The notes under the pieces: generated by a model
Database searches by the model: none
Seen by the model: only the letters and a program-made list of their open reading frames with translations
What the model was told of the DNA's origin: nothing
From: Candidatus Moraniibacteriota bacterium
GTDB lineage: Bacteria > Patescibacteriota > Minisyncoccia > Moranbacterales > GCA-2747515
Direction of reading: 5' to 3'
Assembly (NCBI GenBank): GCA_947311515.1
Contig: CAMZLB010000031.1
Span: forward strand, 922-64,921
Length of the DNA stretch: 64,000 bases
Translations under genes and position numbers: made by a program
Shown here: positions 50,601 to 61,431 of the stretch, piece by piece
Numbering within the stretch: the first letter of the stretch is position 1
How the letters are laid out: every line of letters begins with the position of its first letter

Positions 50601-52875
50601 AAAACATCTTTAATGACCAAATGCCCACTTTCAGCAAGACCAGCATCATTTGTATAAGTATAAGCTAAAGTATAAGAGACTGTATCACTAGGCACAGCTG
50701 TGGAGGTTGAAGCTGTCTTATTTATACGCGCTTTTGCCCCTGTAAATGTCACTCTATCTCCTCTTGTACCAATTATGGCATCTGGATATTGATTAGGAAT
50801 ATAATTTGTCCCAATAAAAGCATTGTTATTTATTTTATAAGCAAAACAATTAACAATTTCATCTCCATACTGTAGTGGTTGCCCGGTTAATAAATCATTT
50901 GTGCGCACCTTATGATTTAGCCACATAAATAAATAAGCTCCTGGCGGATGAACTACCCCATTGCGAAGTTTAATTTTTATTTTTGTCACCGAACCAATCC
51001 CTTGAGAGTCTGCTCTAGCCTCATCAGCTGTTGCAAACCACCCCCCTATTCCATTACATTCATTTTCAATTTCAGTTTTATATGAAACTGTTTGATCTCC
51101 ACCTCGTGAAGGAAGCCAAGAATTATCTACATAACGAGCCGAATATTCAAATTCATAAGGACCGGGGCTGGCACTATCGCTATAGTCACCGGAATCATGA
51201 CCTATATAATATTTTACTGGATCTGCATTGTTGTTATGAGCATAACCATTATAGCTTGTCTGTATACCAGTATAAAATTGATTGTCTTCAATATCTTGAA
51301 TTTCTAATCGATAAGCATCAATAACATCGCACATCTCCTCTGTAAAATCAGTTCCTCCTGTATTAGTAGAACGTATATTTGTAGAAAATTCATAACCACT
51401 ATTAACCATTCCTTCTCCCGTTCGAACACCCATAGCCCCTCCTGGCCAACTCCAAACACTCGAAGTGTCACCACGATAATATTTACCGAAAGATCCTCGT
51501 AAACCATACAAGGTTAGAGAATAGTCATTATCATTTTCTGATTCATGATTAGCTCCAAAATTTGAATTACCCGTTGGTGTAGTTGGGTCAAAACTTCTTA
51601 ATTTATTTTTTGTTAGCAATACTCCATCATCACTGTTTCCCGTAACACCATAATTTCCTGCTTCAACATCCGAAAGAGGTACAAAAACATTTACCGAACC
51701 AATAGCCGCTATTGCCCTACTGGCTGGCAAATCTCCTCCTGTATACATTTTTGTTGGATAATTATTTAAAGTAGCATCCACATGCGAAACTGTTACACCA
51801 ACATCAGTTCCGCTCACACTACAATTTACCTTTTAAACTCCCTGATTTTGTGGTATATGCTGGTCTGTGTTAGCTTCATGAATTGAACCTGGTCCACTAA
51901 AAGTTATAGGGTTAGCGCTACCAACATAGCCATCTTGCACGTCATAACGACCATTCATATCGCATCTAACCAACTGCGCATTAGGAGAAATTTCATCCAA
52001 CTGATCTGTAAAAGTAAAGGTGACATCATTTCCCATGGATTCATTCCCCAATAAAGAATAAGTGTTATCCGTTGTACCAACTACCTCATCAGTTTTAATA
52101 TAAAAAATATAATTTAATATATAACCATCAACTTCAGGAGTATTAGGATCCCCATCATCATCATAAGTCATTCCCGTATAAGATCTATACAAACCTTTTT
52201 GCAAATTCCATCGGGGTGACGCTGTAACTGTCAAAGAATATCCATCCGTATCATCAGAAACGGTTGTAGCATTTTGCCCAGAAACTTCAAAAGAAATATC
52301 TCCAGGAGTTGCTCCATTTGGAGTACCCCCCAACACTCTTGCTGTAAATAATAAATCCTCAGCATAAGTAGCTGTATTAGTAAAATTATTTCTAACACAA
52401 GTGAGGGTTAATTTGTCCTGAGAAATACTTGATTGATTTGAATCACAAGAACCTGGTAAATTTGTCCATTCATATTCCCCCGTGGCTGGCAAGGTTCCAA
52501 CTATAGCAACCTCTTCCTCTGGACCATTTTGCACACCATTCCAACTCCAACCAGCTGATACCTCAAATACATCTTCGTCCTCACTATCAAATCACCACTA
52601 TAGGTATCATCACTGGGATCACTAGTGGTTCCATTGTTAGAATATCCTGGGTCATTAGCAAAATCACAACCGTCCGTTGGGTCAGCTGGACAAATATTAA
52701 CATCATTAACTAAATCGCCAACATTATTTAAAGGTCCTTTTATCCCGCCAGTCTGAGTGTATTTAGTTGTTATATTTAAACTAGCTGCGAAAGCATTATC
52801 TAGTGAGTACACAAAAACCCCACTAATGATAATAGTCATTATCAACAACTTACCTAAAATATTTTTCATTTTCAT
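47636..52875 (-). pseudogene. Giant (~1745 aa) surface adhesin with DUF11/isopeptide-like and four SdrD-B-like domains and a C-terminal LAKTG; split into three ORFs
   Basis: ORF 52501..52875 carries the signal peptide; 1-bp deletion near 52574; in-frame TAA at 51833-51835; four IG..(V/I)W.D...G.Q...E.G repeats. Confidence 0.85.
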
Positions 52876-53079
52876 TTTTTATATTGTTATTATTTTTCTA
52901 AGATATTTATATTATACCACCCCCCCCTTTAGCTATAGCAAGTTATCATAAGGCGAATATCTGCTTTTTATTCAGATTATAACACTTACTAAGTAGTCAG
53001 CTTTACAATACAGACCTGATTAATCAAAAAAGATTTTTTGGATATACCATCATATTCTCCAAAGCTTAATCCTACAGAT

Positions 53080-53514
53080 TTATTTAATTTTTTCAATGTC
53101 TACAATAAGTGTTGTTTCTGGTAAATATCTGATTATTAATTTAGAATCTTTGCTATAAAATTGACTTATTAATCTATCTACATAACTATTTCCATTTTCA
53201 CAAATTAAACTTTTTCGTGCAAAGAAAAACCAAGTTGCTTTTTTTTGAAAATGTATTTCAGATAAAACACAAGTATTTTTCTTAATATATTGTTCCTTCT
53301 TAGATAAATAACCAATAGTATCTAAAAATAATGACTTCTGAGGAATTAACCAAATAAGTAGCACTGTAATTGCAAATCCCCTTACTACATTATCTATAAT
53401 AGCTGTTCTTATGCCATATTTAGTAATAAAACTTGGATTTATAATTACTGTTACGAGTATAAGAATCCCAACTGCAGCAATTAACCAATTTTTAATTAAA
53501 ATATAAGTTATCAT
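53080..53514 (-). CDS. Hypothetical membrane protein
   Basis: 144-aa ORF with two TM segments. Confidence 0.6.
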   Translation of the reverse strand: MITYILIKNWLIAAVGILILVTVIINPSFITKYGIRTAIIDNVVRGFAITVLLIWLIPQKSLFLDTIGYLSKKEQYIKKNTCVLSEIHFQKKATWFFFARKSLICENGNSYVDRLISQFYSKDSKLIIRYLPETTLIVDIEKIK

Positions 53515-53605
53515 CTAATTTCCTTTATTTTTTATTGGAATATTACTTATTTTTGACTTCATTACTAGGCATTTTAACATATTTTCTTATTTAATACTAT
53601 AGACA

Positions 53606-55057
53606 CTAGATTATTTTAGTTCCTAATAATTTTAATTTTTTGCCATTTTTTGTAGAACCTAATACACTTACAACTAAATCATCAGTAAGCAATATCTTTT
53701 TGTCCTTTGCGTCAAGTACAAGCTGTTCAAGACAATCTCTACGTAACTTGTCAGGTGAATATAAAAACGGAGTTACGCCCCACACCAATGATAGTTGCCT
53801 GTATGTAACTATATTATCAGTAGCAACTAGTATCATTCTTTGTGGTCTTTGTTGAGAAAGCAATCTTGCAGTAAATCCCGTTTCTGAATACATAACTATA
53901 GCTTTTGCCTCCATTTCTTTTGCAAATTTATATGTAGACTTAGCAATTTTAGATTCTTCTGAATTCATATCCATACTAACATCAGTTACCAAATCATCAT
54001 AGGTACTAGCTTCTGTTTCTGTGGAAATATGAGACATTATTGAAACAGCTTCAATCGGATACTTTCCTACAGTAGATTCAGCGCTAAGCATAGTAGCATC
54101 CGTGAGGTCTATAACTGAATTTGTTACATCTGCAATTTCTGCTCTAGTTGGACGAGGATTAAATTCCATACTAGCCAACATTTGTGTTGCCACAATAACT
54201 GGCCTTAAATATTTGCGACATTTCAGAATTATATCTTTTTGAAAAAGTGTAACATGAACAGGATTAACTTCTATTCCTAAATCTCCTCTTGCAACCATAA
54301 CTACATCAACTTCTCTCAAAATTGCATCTAAATTTTCAAGTGCCTTCTTACACTCAATTTTTGCAATAATTTTTGGTAAATTATCATCTCTACCTAATTG
54401 TTGTTTCATTCTATTTCTCAAATCTATAACATCCTCAGCGGTACGAACAAATGAAAAAGCCACAAAATCAACGTTTTGCTCTAGTGCAAATTTTAAATCT
54501 TTTAAGTCCTTTTTTGTAAGAGTTGATAATGGAATAATAGCATCTGGAATATTCACACCTTTATGATTTTTTACGACTCCTCCAGCAATTACCTCTGTAA
54601 GTATGTGCTCATCGTGCTTATCTAAAACATTCAATACCATTAGTCCATCTTCTACTAAAATCTCATATCCAATTTCAATATTTTTTATAATTTTAGGACA
54701 ATCTAAAATAATAACCTTATTTTCTTTTTTTAACTCATCTATATATTCATCACTAGAATTTATGTCACATATTCTAACTACATCTCCTTCTAAAATTTCT
54801 AATTCTTCACTCATTAATGTTCTAACTCTTGGTCCTTGTAGATCAGCAATAATTCCAATATTTGTATTTAATTTTTTACCAATTTCTCTAACATTTTTCA
54901 TAACTCGCTCATGCCAACTATATTCTCCATGAGAAAAATTAAATCTTGCAACATTCAATCCTGACTCAATCATCTCTTCTATAACTTGAGATGATTCAGA
55001 TGCTGGGCCAATTGTAGCAATAATTTTTGTTCTTTTATTTATTATTTCTTTTTTCAT
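53606..55057 (-). CDS. pyk: Pyruvate kinase
   Basis: RTKIIATIGPAS, RFNFSHG, DLQGP, MVARGDLG, ATQML.SM and PTRAE motifs. Confidence 0.98.
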   Translation of the reverse strand: MKKEIINKRTKIIATIGPASESSQVIEEMIESGLNVARFNFSHGEYSWHERVMKNVREIGKKLNTNIGIIADLQGPRVRTLMSEELEILEGDVVRICDINSSDEYIDELKKENKVIILDCPKIIKNIEIGYEILVEDGLMVLNVLDKHDEHILTEVIAGGVVKNHKGVNIPDAIIPLSTLTKKDLKDLKFALEQNVDFVAFSFVRTAEDVIDLRNRMKQQLGRDDNLPKIIAKIECKKALENLDAILREVDVVMVARGDLGIEVNPVHVTLFQKDIILKCRKYLRPVIVATQMLASMEFNPRPTRAEIADVTNSVIDLTDATMLSAESTVGKYPIEAVSIMSHISTETEASTYDDLVTDVSMDMNSEESKIAKSTYKFAKEMEAKAIVMYSETGFTARLLSQQRPQRMILVATDNIVTYRQLSLVWGVTPFLYSPDKLRRDCLEQLVLDAKDKKILLTDDLVVSVLGSTKNGKKLKLLGTKII

Positions 55058-55155
55058 TTTTTTTATTTTAGATTTAAGTACTTATCTTTATTATAAAGCA
55101 AAACACACTATACAAAAAGTATAGCATGTTTCTTTTTAAGCGATCTTAAAAAAAT

Positions 55156-55494
55156 CTACTTATCTAAAATGTGAATTCCTCCTATTACAGGAACTTCCTT
55201 CATCTCTCCATTTGATGCAGCTATAATTCCTATTATCCAAAATACAAAGACCGCGATATTTATCAACCATCCTATAACTGGAATAAACGTCATTACAAAT
55301 CCAACTAAAAGAAGTAACAAACTTTGATTCGCATGAAACTTTGCAAAAGGACTGTCTTTTGCATCTGTTAATAAAGGTATAAAAAATACAAGATATGCAA
55401 GCATAGCCATTGTTTTATTTTTTTCCACATCTTCTGACGTAGCTTTTAGTACAGCATCCTGTACCTCTCCTTGTTGTGTTTTTTGTTCTTCCAT
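55156..55494 (-). CDS. DUF4870-like small membrane protein
   Basis: DVEKNK.MA.LAY, SPFAKFHANQ and G.MK.VP.IG motifs; AGGAGG RBS. Confidence 0.85.
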   Translation of the reverse strand: MEEQKTQQGEVQDAVLKATSEDVEKNKTMAMLAYLVFFIPLLTDAKDSPFAKFHANQSLLLLLVGFVMTFIPVIGWLINIAVFVFWIIGIIAASNGEMKEVPVIGGIHILDK

Positions 55495-55565
55495 TTAAAG
55501 CACCTCCTTTCTAAAAAATTATCAAACCGTATTTAAATTATACCATTATTTCAAAATAAAGGCTA

Positions 55566-56000
55566 TCACAAATTATAATAGCCATTGCTTAAATTATTAC
55601 TTTCATGTATTTCATTTTCTATCTCAATAGGGATATTTTCATTTGCCCTAGTAACTCCAGGATATTTCCATGCACTTATAATCAAAATACTTTTTTGATT
55701 TTTAAATAAATTTTCAAATTTTTCTGGAATATCTAAATTAATTAATTTTTCTATTTCTATATATTTATACATCACCCAAATCTCATTACTCCAAGTTTTT
55801 TTATTAGTCTTTTTATCCATCCTTATTGATTGTGGTTGAACAGCAAGAACTATCTTATCCAAAAAGTTTTTCTCTATTCGAAGTGGATTTTTTATAATTG
55901 AACGAACACGGCTTTCAGTAATTCCGTAATGTTTCATTTTTTCCTTAGAATGAATTGTCCACTTATATAAGTTTGAATTTTTTGGCTCTTTCCATCTCAT
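55566..56000 (-). CDS. Conserved hypothetical protein (DUF4258/RelE-like pattern)
   Basis: WT.HSKEKM..YGI...V..II.NP, EIWVMY and IISAWKYPG; ATG 56000 is the likely start. Confidence 0.6.
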   Translation of the reverse strand: MRWKEPKNSNLYKWTIHSKEKMKHYGITESRVRSIIKNPLRIEKNFLDKIVLAVQPQSIRMDKKTNKKTWSNEIWVMYKYIEIEKLINLDIPEKFENLFKNQKSILIISAWKYPGVTRANENIPIEIENEIHESNNLSNGYYNL

Positions 56001-56001
56001 A

Positions 56002-56895
56002 TTAAATATCTCCATACTTATCAATTCCTCTAAGTCTTGCAATTCTTTCCTCTATAGGAGGATGTGTTGAAAACATTTTTCTTATCTTTTTACTACCAAA
56101 GGGGTTACTTATAAATAAATGTGCTGTAGCCTCAGTTGCCCTATCTAATGGTTTACCACTTCTGCTAATTTTTTCCAATGCTGAAGCCAAACCTTCTGGA
56201 TTTCCTGTTAAATACGCACCTGTTGCATCTGCTAAAAATTCTCTCTTTCTAGAGATAGACATTTGCAAAATTGTTGCCACGAATGGAGCAACAAACATAA
56301 GTACTATTCCTATTATTAAAGTAATTACTCCTCCTCTCCGATTATTACCAGAACCTCCAAAATGTATTATTCTAGCACTCATAGAAATAGTACTTGCAAA
56401 AACAACTGCAATTGTACCTATTAAAACATCCCTATTTGCAATGTGTGACATTTCATGTGCTGCAACACCTATAATTTCCTCCTTATTAAGAGCTTTCAGT
56501 AAACCAGTAGTAAATACGACGACTCCTTTACTTTGATTTCTACCAGTTGCAAAAGCATTAAATGCTGAATCTTCAATTATTCCAATTTTTGGGGTAGGCA
56601 ATCCAGCAGCAATTGCAACATTATCAACTATATCATAAAGTTTCCTATTATTTGAACGTTCGATTATTTTTGCTCCGGATGTCTTGAGTGCTATACTATC
56701 AGAAAACCAGTATGTCCCCACACTTGTAAAAATAGAACCAAATCCAGCAATAATCATGATAAATGGTGATTCTAAGTACACAGACATTATATAACCAACT
56801 CCAAGTATCATACCTCCCATAATAATCAACAAAGACCAAGTTTTTGAAATATTACTTACTTTGTGAGAATACAATGACTTATTTTCTTGTTTCAT
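56002..56895 (-). CDS. htpX: Zinc metalloprotease HtpX (M48)
   Basis: NAFATG, HEMSH, SRKREFLAD and FSTHPP..ERI motifs; ATG 56895 is the likely start. Confidence 0.95.
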   Translation of the reverse strand: MKQENKSLYSHKVSNISKTWSLLIIMGGMILGVGYIMSVYLESPFIMIIAGFGSIFTSVGTYWFSDSIALKTSGAKIIERSNNRKLYDIVDNVAIAAGLPTPKIGIIEDSAFNAFATGRNQSKGVVVFTTGLLKALNKEEIIGVAAHEMSHIANRDVLIGTIAVVFASTISMSARIIHFGGSGNNRRGGVITLIIGIVLMFVAPFVATILQMSISRKREFLADATGAYLTGNPEGLASALEKISRSGKPLDRATEATAHLFISNPFGSKKIRKMFSTHPPIEERIARLRGIDKYGDI

Positions 56896-56900
56896 ATTAT

Positions 56901-57683
56901 CTAAATTATTTCTTCCCACCCAACTTCTTCGTCCCTAAGCGTTAAAATTTCATATCCATCTTCTGTTATTAAAATAGTATGCTCCCACTGAGCACTAAGC
57001 GACATATCTTTAGTTACAACAGTCCAATTATCTTCCAATACTAAAGTCTCTTTTTTTCCTGCATTTATCATTGGCTCTATAGTAAAAATCATACCTTTTT
57101 TTATAACTTCACCAGTATTAATTTTTCCATAGTGCAACACCATTGGAGGCTCATGGAATGCTTTTCCGATTCCATGTCCACAATAATCCCTAACGATAGA
57201 GTATTTATTTGACTCTGCATATTGTTGTATTACATATCCGATATCTCCTAATTGTATACCTGGCTTTAGAATTTTAATACCTTCATACATTGCAATTTGT
57301 GATGCGCTGCATATTTTTTTACTCTCTAAACTTGCATTTCCCACTATAAACATTTTACTAGTATCTCCATGATAACCATCTTTTTTTACTGTTATATCAA
57401 TATTCAAAATATCACCATCTTCGAGAATTCTACTATCTGGTATACCATGACAAACCACATTATTTACAGAAGTGCATATTGATTTTGGAAAACCCTTATA
57501 ATTAAGAGGTGCTGGAATTGCTTTTTGTTCCTTACAGATAAAATCATGGCATATTTTATCAAGTTCTTTTGTAGAAATTCCTACTTTTACAAAAGGCTCT
57601 ATCATGACTAAAACTTGAGACGCTAATTTTCCCACGATTCTCATTTTTTTTATTTGATCTTCTGTTTTTATAATTATGGACAT
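56901..57683 (-). CDS. map: Methionine aminopeptidase type I
   Basis: S.N.VVCHGIP, DGYHGDTS, GHGIG..FHE.P, FTIEPMIN and SAQWEHT motifs. Confidence 0.97.
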   Translation of the reverse strand: MSIIIKTEDQIKKMRIVGKLASQVLVMIEPFVKVGISTKELDKICHDFICKEQKAIPAPLNYKGFPKSICTSVNNVVCHGIPDSRILEDGDILNIDITVKKDGYHGDTSKMFIVGNASLESKKICSASQIAMYEGIKILKPGIQLGDIGYVIQQYAESNKYSIVRDYCGHGIGKAFHEPPMVLHYGKINTGEVIKKGMIFTIEPMINAGKKETLVLEDNWTVVTKDMSLSAQWEHTILITEDGYEILTLRDEEVGWEEII

Positions 57684-57874
57684 ACCTTCATTATTTATTT
57701 AAATAAAAACCTAAAAATACAGATTTTTATAATTCAAAATATCCCACCTATTACCTAAAGAACGTCTAATATCTCACTTTCTCACTAAAATTTTTAAATT
57801 ATTTAGTAGAAATAATGAAAATTAAGGAGAACTATTGGGACATTTTGGATGAAATTATAGATTTTAGACAAATT

Positions 57875-58456
57875 CTAAAAACTAACTTTTGGTGCACTTT
57901 TTTCTGTATCTGCTATTTCAAAAAATTCTCTTTTTGCAAAATTAAACAATCCAGCAATTATATTACTAGGAACTGTCTCTACTTTTATATTATAATCCCT
58001 CACTGTGCCATTGTAATACCTTCTAGCTGACTGAATTGCAGATTCTGTATTTGTTAATTCATCTTGTAACTGAAGAAAGTTTTCATTAGCTTTTAAATCT
58101 GGATAATTTTCTGATACAGCTAACAACTTACCTAGAGCACCTGATAAACCTGATTGTGCTTGAGAAAATGCCACCATTTGTTCTGGTGTTACATTACTTA
58201 CATCTATATTTATAGATGTTGCTTTTGCTCTAGCTTCTACAACTTGACTTAAAGTCTCATTTTCATGAGTTGCATAACCCTTAACTGTTTCTACTAAATT
58301 TGGAATTAAATCATATCTTCGCTTAAGTTGAACGTCAATTCCACTCCAACCTTCCTCAACATTTGTACGTAATTTAACTAATCCATTATAAATTACAATT
58401 CCACCAAGCACCACGGCTATGCTAAAAATCATAATCATTGCAAAAATTCCAAACAT
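57875..58456 (-). CDS. lemA: LemA family protein
   Basis: YNGLV, WS.IDVQLKRRYDLIPNLV, YPDLKA and RRYYN motifs. Confidence 0.96.
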   Translation of the reverse strand: MFGIFAMIMIFSIAVVLGGIVIYNGLVKLRTNVEEGWSGIDVQLKRRYDLIPNLVETVKGYATHENETLSQVVEARAKATSINIDVSNVTPEQMVAFSQAQSGLSGALGKLLAVSENYPDLKANENFLQLQDELTNTESAIQSARRYYNGTVRDYNIKVETVPSNIIAGLFNFAKREFFEIADTEKSAPKVSF

Positions 58457-58538
58457 ATTACTTAATTATTTTTATTTACTACCCTTTATTATATACTAAT
58501 TTTCTAGATTTACCAAGAAATGTGCTATAATATAGATT

Positions 58539-59009
58539 ATGGATTTTATAATAGATTATAAGTTAATATTGATACCGCTCATTGTCATGAGTGTTGCTCA
58601 ACTTATGAAGTTTGGACGCTATGTTTTTAGACATGGTTTTGATTTTGAATACATGCTTACTCCAGGACATTTCCCAAGTGCACACAGTGCTTTTGTTACA
58701 TCTCTTATAATTTGTATCGGCTATTATGAAGACATTTCTAGTCCTGCCTTTGCTGTAGCTTTTGCAATTGCTTTACTTACCATATATGATGCACTTAGAA
58801 TACGGATAAATATTGGAATTCAAGGTAAAGTTTTAAATAGATTAGTATCTCAACTAGACGACCTAAAAGAAGTTGACAAAAAAACTTTTCCTCATCTCAA
58901 GGAGCGAGTTGGTCACTACAAAAGTGAAGTCTTAGGTGGCATATCTGTTGGATTACTAGTATCTACTATACTTATATATATCCTAGACCTAAGTTTTACA
59001 ATAACTTAA
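58539..59009 (+). CDS. Divergent PAP2 (DUF212) family protein
   Basis: AQ..K, G.FPSAHSA.V, YDA..IR and LKE.VGH...EV..G motifs. Confidence 0.9.
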   Translation: MDFIIDYKLILIPLIVMSVAQLMKFGRYVFRHGFDFEYMLTPGHFPSAHSAFVTSLIICIGYYEDISSPAFAVAFAIALLTIYDALRIRINIGIQGKVLNRLVSQLDDLKEVDKKTFPHLKERVGHYKSEVLGGISVGLLVSTILIYILDLSFTIT

Positions 59010-59104
59010 AAAAGAAATTTCACATTTTTATCACAAGTATCTTATTTCTGATAAAATATGGAATTTATTTTTCATACTCAATTTTAATTATTTGCATACA
59101 TGAT

Positions 59105-60640
59105 ATGAAGTACTGTTTAGATATAAATTCAACAATTCCATTTATTTGTTCAAAAAACCTTCGAAAAATTGCAGAAAAAAACGTAGGTGAAAATAACATT
59201 TTAGATGTGTCTCAAGGTGAACCAGGTTACGGATTTTCTCCAAGTGCACGTTCTAGAAGATTTTTTGGTTTTTTAGCTTTTTTAGATATAGAATTCAATG
59301 ATTATAGAGTAAATAAATCATTTAGACAATTAAGCGAATCTCAATTAGATGAAATAGAAGATAGAATACTACATTCAGCTAACAAAAATTTTTCAGAAAT
59401 TATTGCTAAAGAACTTTTATCTGATTGGACATTTTTCATAAAAAAATTAGAGAATATTGCAGAAAAACAAAATCTTTGTATGGACAGATTTCAAATTATG
59501 CAAGAATTATTCAAGTATTCAAATTTAATGGGTGGTAGATACCCTCAACCAAATGGACATATTCTTTTAAATGCTACATTTGCACAGAACCATACAGAAC
59601 AACTCGGACTAGAAGTTAAACATCATGAGCTAATAACAACGATTGGTGCGGCTCACGCAATAGGAACAACATTTAAAGCTCTAGGAGATGAAGGAATTGG
59701 ATTTTTAAAAAATGGGGACTCCGTTGTGATGACTTCTCCTGTTTATGCTCCTTATAATGACATTTTTATAGAAAGAGGTATAAAAGTTCATTCATTATCA
59801 ATAAATCCAGACACTGGAACCCTAGAAAAAGAAAGCTTTGCAGAAATACAAAAACAATCAGACCAAATAAAAGCTATAATACTTATTTCTCCAAACAATC
59901 CAACTGGTTTCGAATCAAGTGATGAACTATTTGAATCTGTTATAAAACTAGCTAAAACTCACAATTCCATAATAATAACTGATGAAGTATATCTTGGTTT
60001 TTTTGAAAATGCAAAAAGTATTTCTAGTTACCCTGAAGCAAGAGAAAGATTAATACTAATAGACTCTATATCAAAAATTGAACGAGCAACGGGAGTTAGA
60101 GCTGGTAATATATACATATCTGACACTGCTAATGAATTTATATCAAATAATATATTAAAAGAATACTTTACTGAAAAAATTGATAATATTAGAAAATTAT
60201 TACAACTTGCTAAAAGTCCTGGTGGTAAAAATATAGGCATATTTCAACACATAACTGGAATTCCTGGACCGTCAGTTGCGATATCACTTTGTCATTTAAT
60301 ATTAGGAAAAGAAGAGAGAATTCATTATATAAATGCCCTCCATAAAAAATGTGACATCTTTTATAAGACTATCGGAATTAAACATAATGGGAATCAGTAC
60401 TATGGAATAATAAATTTAAATAAGATTGAATCTGATCGCTCAAAAAATAGAGATATTGAATTGATACTTGAAATATTAGCTGAAAAAGGCGTTGTTCTTA
60501 TGCCTGCAAATATGTTTTTTTCAGAAAGTGATAAAAATAATAAAGACAGAACTCGCGTGATGAGAATTAGCTTGCCAAATTTATCATTTGAAGATACCAA
60601 AAAAGCTGCTCAAATAATAAAGGAAACTTGCTCTATATAA
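59105..60640 (+). CDS. PLP-dependent class I/II aminotransferase-fold enzyme, aspartate 4-decarboxylase-like
   Basis: PVYAPY, SPNNPTG, ITDEVY, SISK...ATGVRAG, H.TG.P.P and RISLPNL motifs; long N-terminal domain. Confidence 0.75.
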   Translation: MKYCLDINSTIPFICSKNLRKIAEKNVGENNILDVSQGEPGYGFSPSARSRRFFGFLAFLDIEFNDYRVNKSFRQLSESQLDEIEDRILHSANKNFSEIIAKELLSDWTFFIKKLENIAEKQNLCMDRFQIMQELFKYSNLMGGRYPQPNGHILLNATFAQNHTEQLGLEVKHHELITTIGAAHAIGTTFKALGDEGIGFLKNGDSVVMTSPVYAPYNDIFIERGIKVHSLSINPDTGTLEKESFAEIQKQSDQIKAIILISPNNPTGFESSDELFESVIKLAKTHNSIIITDEVYLGFFENAKSISSYPEARERLILIDSISKIERATGVRAGNIYISDTANEFISNNILKEYFTEKIDNIRKLLQLAKSPGGKNIGIFQHITGIPGPSVAISLCHLILGKEERIHYINALHKKCDIFYKTIGIKHNGNQYYGIINLNKIESDRSKNRDIELILEILAEKGVVLMPANMFFSESDKNNKDRTRVMRISLPNLSFEDTKKAAQIIKETCSI

Positions 60641-60671
60641 TTTTAAAACCTTTCTAATTAGTTACTTTTCA

Positions 60672-60701
60672 AAAAATAAGACTTTGCTAAGTCTTATTTT
60701 T
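60672..60701. terminator. Bidirectional intrinsic terminator
   Basis: AAAAATAAGACTT / AAGTCTTATTTTT inverted repeat. Confidence 0.7.
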
Positions 60702-61431
60702 ATTTAACTCTCCATTTCTACTTCATTATCTTAAGTGTTACTATAACAGAGATTTTCAAAATATCATCTTACCTTCTTTTTTCTTTTATCTCCTTCCATT
60801 TTTTAAATTTGTTTTACTATAACATCTTTAAGAATTTTTAAACTTTTTTCATTTAAATAATCTTCTTAATTTTAAAAAATAAATCTATTATCCAACGAAT
60901 AAAAGTTTTCTTTTAATAAATCAAAGTTCCTTCATTTATTGTCTATCTTATACAAATCTTCACGTTTTTTAATATATCATTTTCTTCCTTGTGTTTTTTT
61001 AATCTCTTCTGTAACTTTTGCTTTCGCTTCAACTTCATTTATTTTCTTTCTTTTTTAATAAGTTTTGTTCTGTGAACAGTCTACTTTTCAATAAGATTCT
61101 TATCTTCTACTAAATTACTTTATTTTTGACGCAAATGTCTGATAACCCTTTCTATATCACTACCTAATTCTAAATATTTTAACAAGTTCGTGATAGTTTT
61201 CTTTAATTGAACAATAAACTTCATTCGTTTTAAAGTATTTTTTTTATTGACTACGCTATAATTAACGGAATATTATATTCTTTAAAATTCTCTCGTTGTG
61301 ACTGAAAAAAATTTTAAAATATATCTGAAACCTCCTCCCTTTTGCAAAATACAGCTTTGATATTTTTAAATAACTTTATGCACTCTTAATATCTACAATT
61401 TGTAAATATCTAACGTAAATTATGCTATAGA

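Noticed and set aside
25382-51835. Stop-codon recoding, suggested by in-frame TAA in several broken genes
   Set aside because: TAA ends many intact genes here, and the broken genes mostly carry frameshifts too. TGG is used for Trp and long ORFs are open under code 11, so there is no sign of code 25 or code 4.
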